Virus record (IMG/VR): IMGVR_UViG_3300033183_000491
Location: 124,001 to 188,000 of that record
DNA: 64,000 nucleotides
Reading direction: 5' to 3' (one strand)
Every line of letters starts with the position of its first letter. The first letter of the stretch is position 1. Positions 58,466-64,000 of this stretch are shown here, piece by piece. The notes beneath the pieces were generated by a model that was given only the letters and a program-made list of their open reading frames with translations, ran no database searches and was not told the origin of the DNA. The position numbers were made by a program, and so were the translations under genes.

Positions 58466-58792
58466 TTATTCTCCTTCATAAACATGGATATGAACTTTTC
58501 CCGTAAAGTTATTTGAACTTTCAACAGTAATACTAGAAGTAGTTAGAGAAGTAATAAACACGTTGACATTTTCATCTTCAGGTGTTAAAGCAATAACAGG
58601 AAGAGAATTATAATTTTCTGTAAAGAAATAATCCTCACTATAAGAGTTTACAAAGTCTATCGTAGCAACTTCAACTTTGATACCTCCTGCATCTATAACT
58701 TCTTGAGTTGTTAGATATTGTTTATAAATTGGCTTGACACGAATAAGCGGATAATTTTTTCTTAATCTATTTGCATCGAATAATTTAGACAT
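58466..58792 (-). CDS. Small protein with an H-type-lectin-like beta-sandwich
   Basis: FTENYNSLPVIALT...NVFITSLTTSSITV...VHIHV; SD AAGGA. Confidence 0.5.
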   Translation of the reverse strand: MSKLFDANRLRKNYPLIRVKPIYKQYLTTQEVIDAGGIKVEVATIDFVNSYSEDYFFTENYNSLPVIALTPEDENVNVFITSLTTSSITVESSNNFTGKVHIHVYEGE

Positions 58793-58801
58793 TTTTATTC
58801 C

Positions 58802-60130
58802 TTAAAGTTTTGCTGCAACTATATTTGCAAGATCTGATCTATATCCCTTAGTGAAATTAATATGACCTGTTAAAGATTCTTCTTTTAATTTTTCAACTGT
58901 AAGAGTTAATCCATTCGATAATTTATTAATATAAGGTAAATCAACTTGTTCTATATCACCTAACAAAATTATTTTTGAATTTTTGCCTGTTCTAGTAATT
59001 ACAGTTTTTAATTCATGGACAGTTGCATTTTGAGCTTCGTCAACAATCATTACAGAGTCATTAAAACTTCTTCCTCTGATATGTGATAAAGGTGCTACGT
59101 CAATCTGACCTTTTTCCATCATCATTTCGAAATAAGAAAGATCTCCAAATTGATTTCTAAAGTTATCTACAATTGGTGATAACCAAGGAGACATCTTTTC
59201 ATTTAAGTCTCCGGGCAAGAAGCCAATATCTTTCCCTACTGTCTGAATAGGTCTTGTAAATATGATTCTTTTCTTTGAACCTTTTTCTATAAACTTTAAT
59301 GCAGTCATTAAAGCTAAGTATGTCTTACCACTACCAGGAACGCCTGTTAGAGAAACTAAAGGTATATTTTCATCTAATAAAAGACTTAAAGCAAATATTT
59401 GTTCTTTATTTTTAGGTTCAATACCAGAATTTTTATATAACTCTTTTTTTCCGTCCAAAACAATCAAACGATCATCTTTTCTTATTAGAAGACATGATTG
59501 ATTACTTCCGTTGTTAGATTTAAGAATTAAAAATTCATTTTCAGAAATGTCTATATTATAGTTTTCTTCAACAAGGTCTTCTTTTATCTTCAAATGATTA
59601 CCAGAATAGGCTCTGTTTATAACATCTGGGTCAACTAATAGTTCAACATACCCTTGGAATAAATTGTCTTTCTGCACAAATTCGTAATCTGCATAATAAT
59701 CATCTGCTTCTATTCCTACAGAATCACATTTTACTCTTAGATTAATGTCTTTAGTAATTAAAACAACTTTATTACTTAAATTTTTAAAATAGTTTGCATT
59801 AGAAATTATTTTATTATCATTTTGGTTTTGATCTAATCCTTGTAAACCTGACCAATCACATTCAGCATTTACTGTTATTGATATATCTTTATCTTCAACA
59901 TATATTCCTGAATGTAGGCTTCCTAATTTTCTTAAATCGTCTAGATATCTATTAAAAAATCTAGCATGTTCTCCTAAAATACCCTCTCTTGTTTTAAATT
60001 TATCTAGTTCTTCTAAAACAACTAAAGGTATTACTATATCATTTCCTTTCATATTAAACAAAGAAAATTTGTCATAAAGTAAAACGCTAGTGTCAACAAT
60101 AAAAGTTTTTCTAATATGTTTTTTACTCAT
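58802..60130 (-). CDS. phoH: PIN-PhoH protein (PhoH2/YlaK type)
   Basis: PIN motifs VDTSVLL, LEELD, DNKII, ITKDINLR; PhoH motifs GVPGSGKT, RGRSF, IVDEAQN, LLGDIEQVD. Confidence 0.93.
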   Translation of the reverse strand: MSKKHIRKTFIVDTSVLLYDKFSLFNMKGNDIVIPLVVLEELDKFKTREGILGEHARFFNRYLDDLRKLGSLHSGIYVEDKDISITVNAECDWSGLQGLDQNQNDNKIISNANYFKNLSNKVVLITKDINLRVKCDSVGIEADDYYADYEFVQKDNLFQGYVELLVDPDVINRAYSGNHLKIKEDLVEENYNIDISENEFLILKSNNGSNQSCLLIRKDDRLIVLDGKKELYKNSGIEPKNKEQIFALSLLLDENIPLVSLTGVPGSGKTYLALMTALKFIEKGSKKRIIFTRPIQTVGKDIGFLPGDLNEKMSPWLSPIVDNFRNQFGDLSYFEMMMEKGQIDVAPLSHIRGRSFNDSVMIVDEAQNATVHELKTVITRTGKNSKIILLGDIEQVDLPYINKLSNGLTLTVEKLKEESLTGHINFTKGYRSDLANIVAAKL

Positions 60131-60157
60131 TATCTAGTAAAATCTTTCTTTTAAATC

Positions 60158-60163
60158 TATAAT
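60158..60163 (+). promoter_or_regulatory. Sigma70-type -10 hexamer TATAAT for the stand-alone sigma-4 gene
   Basis: Exact TATAAT 39 nt before ATG 60203, in a divergent intergenic region. Confidence 0.35.
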
Positions 60164-60167
60164 AAAA

Positions 60168-60174
60168 TAAATAT
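60168..60174 (-). promoter_or_regulatory. Candidate late promoter ATATTTA upstream of the PIN-PhoH/lectin/fibre unit
   Basis: 37 nt upstream of ATG 60130. Confidence 0.45.
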
Positions 60175-60202
60175 CAAATTTATTAGAAAGGTTTATTAAA
60201 TA

Positions 60203-60466
60203 ATGAGTAATAATACAGATAGTTTAAATAATGTAACATGCTATAATGCACATAAACTAAAAAACAAAAGCTGTAAAAATAAAAAATGCAGATACTGGCA
60301 TGATCTAAACGATGATGACAATAACTGCATTTTAAACAAGGTAAATTCTGATAAGGATTTTACTTTGCAAGAAATAGGCGATTTATTTGGTATTACTAGA
60401 ATGAGAGTATGTCAAATCGAGAAAGGAATTCTCGATAAAATTAAAAAGAACTTAACTCTTGCCTAG
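60203..60466 (+). CDS. Stand-alone sigma-70 region 4 HTH protein with a Cys/His-rich N-terminus
   Basis: FTLQEIGDLFGITRMRVCQIEK matches sigma70 region 4.2 (TLEEVG..F.VTRERIRQIE); CxxxH..CxxxxCxxWH..C in the N-terminus. Confidence 0.85.
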   Translation: MSNNTDSLNNVTCYNAHKLKNKSCKNKKCRYWHDLNDDDNNCILNKVNSDKDFTLQEIGDLFGITRMRVCQIEKGILDKIKKNLTLA

Positions 60467-60676
60467 AGTAAATTTAACAAAATCTCCAGTGAATCCTTTT
60501 AGGTGTCGGAGGCTTTTTCTAAGTCTAACTCCTGCAGCTTTGTTTCCTTTATTAGCTTTCAAAGAATCTGATTCAATACTTTCTACTAAAAGTTTTAGAT
60601 GATCAAAGTGATCACTAATAGACTCAAGAGTAATTTCTTCTGTTGTAACTTCATTTTCTGTAGTCTCTGTTGACAT
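60452..60676 (-). CDS. Histone H1-like (Hc1 family) small DNA-binding protein
   Basis: KGNKAAGVRLRKSL matches the recalled KGNKAAGTRARK motif of short Hc1-family proteins; SD AAGGAG. Confidence 0.7.
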   Translation of the reverse strand: MSTETTENEVTTEEITLESISDHFDHLKLLVESIESDSLKANKGNKAAGVRLRKSLRHLKGFTGDFVKFTLGKS

Positions 60677-60685
60677 GTTTTCTCC

Positions 60686-60907
60686 TTAAATAATTAGATT
60701 TTCTTTTTTAATTTCAACGTTTTCTTCAGTAGGTCTTACTATCTTGTGGATAGATCTCATCATTTCTGTGTTTTCTAACTCATATGATAGTATCTCAATA
60801 ATTTTAATAATTTCTTTATCATTAACACCAAAATTAACAATTTCAGATGTAATATTTCTACATTTTTCGATTGATTTAATATCTTCAATTTTACTTGCAT
60901 CTAACAT
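60686..60907 (-). CDS. Hypothetical protein (73 aa)
   Basis: TAATG overlap with the upstream gene at 60907; operon context. Confidence 0.65.
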   Translation of the reverse strand: MLDASKIEDIKSIEKCRNITSEIVNFGVNDKEIIKIIEILSYELENTEMMRSIHKIVRPTEENVEIKKENLII

Positions 60908-61374
60908 TACAAATACCTTTGTGTAACTTCTTTTTTAAGTTTAAATTTTCCATCATTAAATTCTATGAGATTAATTACTATATTATTATCAATTTCATTT
61001 TTGTTTAATACTAAAATGCCACTTTCACCACTTTCGATCAAATATTCTGTTAATTCCCAGTCTGAAATGTGGCATTGATTTTTTTCTAAAAGACTAACTA
61101 AAGTATCTAAGTTATTAGACAATAAATTAAATTTTATATCTTCTTTTGTGTTTATAAGAGATACTAAACTCTCGTTTCCCCATTTAATTTCACTTTTACA
61201 AACTTCGGTAACAAAGTGAATAATGTTACAATTTTCACACATAACATATTTTTCTTCAACATTGTTATCATTCATTTTAGAAAAAACTGGGAATTTGTGA
61301 TAAACTGGTTTTGTTTTATTTTTAAATAAAGAAAGTGTACATTGACACTCTATAAGATGTTTTATGTAATTCAT
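60907..61374 (-). CDS. Hypothetical Cys/His-containing (putative Zn-binding) protein
   Basis: KHLIECQC and CENCNIIH..TEVC; ATGA-type overlap with the chaperonin-like gene. Confidence 0.7.
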   Translation of the reverse strand: MNYIKHLIECQCTLSLFKNKTKPVYHKFPVFSKMNDNNVEEKYVMCENCNIIHFVTEVCKSEIKWGNESLVSLINTKEDIKFNLLSNNLDTLVSLLEKNQCHISDWELTEYLIESGESGILVLNKNEIDNNIVINLIEFNDGKFKLKKEVTQRYL

Positions 61375-62576
61375 AAATTTTCTCTTTTATTTTGTATGAC
61401 AATATAACCAATAGAATCTAAAGTATTTTTTAATTTATTTCCTAATATTTTAGTAGACTCTATACATTTTTTAGAATATAAATTTTCTTTGTACTCTTTA
61501 AGACCATAGATAGCTAAATTGTTATAGCAGACGATTAAATATTTGATCTCTGTTAACATTTCTATGTTAGACCTAGGAATTAATATTTCAACTATGTTTG
61601 TGTTAATCCTAGACTTTCTCTTGAACAAATATTCTTTTAAGTCAGAATCATTACAATTATTGATTTTTTTATTTATTTCTTCGTTTAATTCTTTGTTTGG
61701 ATTAAATATTTCAATAGAATCTTGCTTAATCTTTAATAAACCTGAAGATGATTTTTTAACTGAGTCTTTATAAATTCCGTCACCTGACTCTGCATTAATC
61801 ATACTACAACCTAAAACTTTTGACAAGTCTTCTAGTTTAAAAGGATCTTCGTTTTCAAATTTTACAATATATGGTAAAACATATATGTTATTTCTTAAAA
61901 TAATACTTTTAATTGCATTTGAAGCGTTATCTGACAAACCCCTGCAAAAAACTATCAAAGATAAATTGTTATCTTTTGCTTTATCCATTAAAGGAATCAA
62001 TTCAGATTCTCTTTCAATATATGCATCCATTACAGATATTAAAAAAGTTTGAGTTTTAGTTTTATTTTTACTAAAATATATTGAACTAAAATCCTTATGT
62101 ATAGAAATGTCAAACACTGGATTTTTATTTTTTTTAACTGTAATATTGTTATTATCTGAAGGATTGCAGATCAATGTTGCATTTGGTCCAGAAAATTCTA
62201 AAACATTTTTAAGTAACTCAAAACTTCTTTTTGATGTAGTTTGAGAAAAATATTTGTAAACATTTTCTAAATTTTTTTCTACATCTTTAAAACCTTGAAA
62301 TATATTTTCTTTCTTTAAGAACAAACCAACAATATAATTTGAAAGATAATACGATCCTCCAGGATATAATCTTTCTGATTTGATAAAATAGTTTAGTAAA
62401 ATATCACAATATGGAAGATTTTTAAAATCTTTATTTGAAGAAATATATCTAAAGTAGCTGAATTTTGATTTATGAATTCTATTACTAGAAAGAATCCTCA
62501 ACTTGTCATTAGAAAATTTATTATTTAAATTGTTAAGAAAAACAATAGTTTTTATCAAATTTTTATTTTCAATCAT
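61371..62576 (-). CDS. Degenerate GroEL/Cpn60-like protein: apical domain retained, ATP-binding motif absent
   Basis: ISVMDAYIERESELIPLMDKAKDNNLSLIVFCRGLSDNA...KLEDLSKVLGC aligns by eye with GroEL [39 protein letters not shown]...MLQDIATLTGG; no GDGTT motif; only 401 aa. Confidence 0.7.
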   Translation of the reverse strand: MIENKNLIKTIVFLNNLNNKFSNDKLRILSSNRIHKSKFSYFRYISSNKDFKNLPYCDILLNYFIKSERLYPGGSYYLSNYIVGLFLKKENIFQGFKDVEKNLENVYKYFSQTTSKRSFELLKNVLEFSGPNATLICNPSDNNNITVKKNKNPVFDISIHKDFSSIYFSKNKTKTQTFLISVMDAYIERESELIPLMDKAKDNNLSLIVFCRGLSDNASNAIKSIILRNNIYVLPYIVKFENEDPFKLEDLSKVLGCSMINAESGDGIYKDSVKKSSSGLLKIKQDSIEIFNPNKELNEEINKKINNCNDSDLKEYLFKRKSRINTNIVEILIPRSNIEMLTEIKYLIVCYNNLAIYGLKEYKENLYSKKCIESTKILGNKLKNTLDSIGYIVIQNKRENL

Positions 62577-62582
62577 AGAAAT

Positions 62583-62596
62583 ATTATAATATTATA
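62583..62596 (-). promoter_or_regulatory. Tandem TATAAT hexamers; the proximal one lies 6 nt before the ATG (leaderless-type geometry)
   Basis: Coding strand reads TATAAT-AT-TATAAT-ATTTCT-ATG with no SD. Confidence 0.45.
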
Positions 62597-63070
62597 TTAT
62601 TTGATGTTTAATAAAGCCCAATCTAAAACTTCACTTAAATAATCAGGTAACTTATTTTTTATAGTCAAAGAATTAGATTCCCAAATAAATCCTTTATGTT
62701 CTTTAAATAAAGTTTTTTCATTCGGCAATATTTTAATATTTTTATTTAAATCAGGAATTCCTTGAATATCTTCAACATCTAGGATGTATTCTCCTATATA
62801 CATAACTAATCCATCACTGAATGTTTTATTTATATTATCTAGACAAACGTAATTTTTATTTATCTTTAATGAAGATTCTTCTTCAGTCTCTCTTATCGCA
62901 CATGAGTATGAGTCTTCATAAGGATCAATTGCTCCTTTTGGAAAATCATACATATCATTATTGTCGATTAACAATAAAAACAATATATCGTTAGGTTTAT
63001 CTAAAATAATATTTTTTCTATTATCAAAATAAATTACAAAACCTGCTCCAGTAATCTCTTTGTTTAACAT
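62597..63070 (-). CDS. Nudix hydrolase (Ap4A hydrolase-like)
   Basis: Nudix box FPKGAIDPYEDSYSCAIRETEEES; downstream EHKGFIW. Confidence 0.9.
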   Translation of the reverse strand: MLNKEITGAGFVIYFDNRKNIILDKPNDILFLLLIDNNDMYDFPKGAIDPYEDSYSCAIRETEEESSLKINKNYVCLDNINKTFSDGLVMYIGEYILDVEDIQGIPDLNKNIKILPNEKTLFKEHKGFIWESNSLTIKNKLPDYLSEVLDWALLNIK

Positions 63071-63077
63071 AATTTTC

Positions 63078-64000
63078 TCACGCTATTATATAACTTTCAA
63101 TAAAATTCTTTGGGAGATAGTGTTTATTTTTAGAATAAACTCTTTCCCAGTCTTTATCAAGTATATATGTTATTGCTTCGTCATCTTCAGATCTTATACT
63201 TCTACCGACACTTTGAATAACAGTCCTTATAGTCTGAAGGTCATACCACCATTTCCATTTTTTGATTTTTTTGCCAACAACTTTATCGCCTAAATATGGA
63301 AATGGTATCTTGCATAATATTTGAAATTTTGATAAATCGCCTTTTAAATTAACGCCTTCAGCCATAGAAGGTGATAATAATATAGTAGGTTCTTTTGAGT
63401 TAATATGCCTTTCTAATATTTTATCTCTATTTTCACCAAAAGCAATTAAAATCCTTCTAGACTTTATTTTTTTCTTAAGAAACTCTGCGATTTTTATATT
63501 GTGAGTATGAATTATACCTTTATCTTTAGGGTGATTTTTTATTATTTCTTTTATCATAGAAACCATTACAGGTAAAGTTTTATCAATGTTTTTCATAGAC
63601 ATACTTCCTGATGGTGAATATATTATTGGACTTTTGTTCGGTTCAAAAGGAGATTCTTCTCTAACGAAAACTGTCTTTTCAGTAGGAAGCCCTAACGTTA
63701 GTGAGAAACCTTCGTGAGACAAAATAGTAGCTGACATGAAGATTACATAGTCTGCATATTTCATCAAATAGTCATGAGCATATTCAGCAACTTCAATAGG
63801 TTTAAAAATAAATTTTCTATAACTTCCGTTACTATTGTCTATATCAAAAACCCAATTATCTTTATCATATAAATTAATAAAGTTTAATATTTTTTTCTCG
63901 TGTGAAACGAGCATATCATATCTTTTTGTTATTTTTGTAAACTCTTCTAATTTTTGAGTAGACAATCCAAATTTTTCCATTTGAGAAGATATAAACTTAA
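63078..64000 (-). CDS. DinG/YoaA/XPD-family SF2 helicase, C-terminal part (5' end lies outside the window)
   Basis: IFMSATI, KGIIHT, EGVNLKGD..KFQILCKIPFP, motif VI QSVGRSIRSEDD; the frame stays open from ATG 63980 to the window edge. Confidence 0.88.
   Translation of the reverse strand, partial: KFISSQMEKFGLSTQKLEEFTKITKRYDMLVSHEKKILNFINLYDKDNWVFDIDNSNGSYRKFIFKPIEVAEYAHDYLMKYADYVIFMSATILSHEGFSLTLGLPTEKTVFVREESPFEPNKSPIIYSPSGSMSMKNIDKTLPVMVSMIKEIIKNHPKDKGIIHTHNIKIAEFLKKKIKSRRILIAFGENRDKILERHINSKEPTILLSPSMAEGVNLKGDLSKFQILCKIPFPYLGDKVVGKKIKKWKWWYDLQTIRTVIQSVGRSIRSEDDEAITYILDKDWERVYSKNKHYLPKNFIESYIIA

Noticed and set aside
60141-60193. Inverted repeat AATCTTTCT / AGAAAGGTT in the phoH-sigma4 gap
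   Set aside because: Explained by the purine-rich RBS regions of two divergent genes facing each other
1-64000. Stop-codon reassignment, as in some huge phages
   Set aside because: Standard-code ORFs tile the window densely; genes end in TAA, TGA (4319, 36781) and TAG (60466) without fragmentation
1-64000. Giant eukaryotic virus origin, suggested by the Mre11-Rad50 fusion and RuvC-like gene
   Set aside because: T4-type portal, terminase, gp6, gp25, gp55-like sigma, SD sequences and coupled operons indicate a tailed bacteriophage
1-64000. tRNA, rRNA genes or classical Rho-independent terminators
   Set aside because: Intergenic gaps are under about 110 nt and show no cloverleaf, T-loop consensus or GC stem plus U-tract by eye; tRNAscan-SE/ARNold would be needed to exclude weak cases

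Overview
A 64-kb, very AT-rich, almost fully coding fragment of a large T4-like (myovirus-type) phage genome. I support 45 genes, 41 on the minus strand and 4 on the plus strand, in the standard genetic code with many stop/start overlaps. From left to right it holds: (1) portal and large terminase; (2) a recombination/replication trio of an SbcD-SbcC (Mre11-Rad50) fusion, a primase and a RuvC-like resolvase; (3) about 30 kb of very large baseplate/virion proteins, of which only gp6-, gp25-, probable gp7- and gp5-like members are recognisable; (4) a candidate small terminase, a gp55-like sigma factor and a Cas4-like nuclease; (5) an 18-kb array of mosaic fibre/adhesin genes; (6) PIN-PhoH, a stand-alone sigma region-4 protein, an Hc1-like protein, an apparently ATPase-dead GroEL-like protein, a Nudix hydrolase and a truncated DinG-like helicase. 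The most striking non-coding signals are a recurring ATA(A/T)TTA motif ahead of structural operon heads, in contrast to TATAAT ahead of non-structural genes, and a perfect 17-bp hairpin that buries the RBS of a small plus-strand two-gene module and carries the same motif inside it. I saw no tRNA, rRNA, CRISPR array, intein or transposase. All family calls rest on motifs recalled from memory and by-eye alignment; no database search or folding computation was run.
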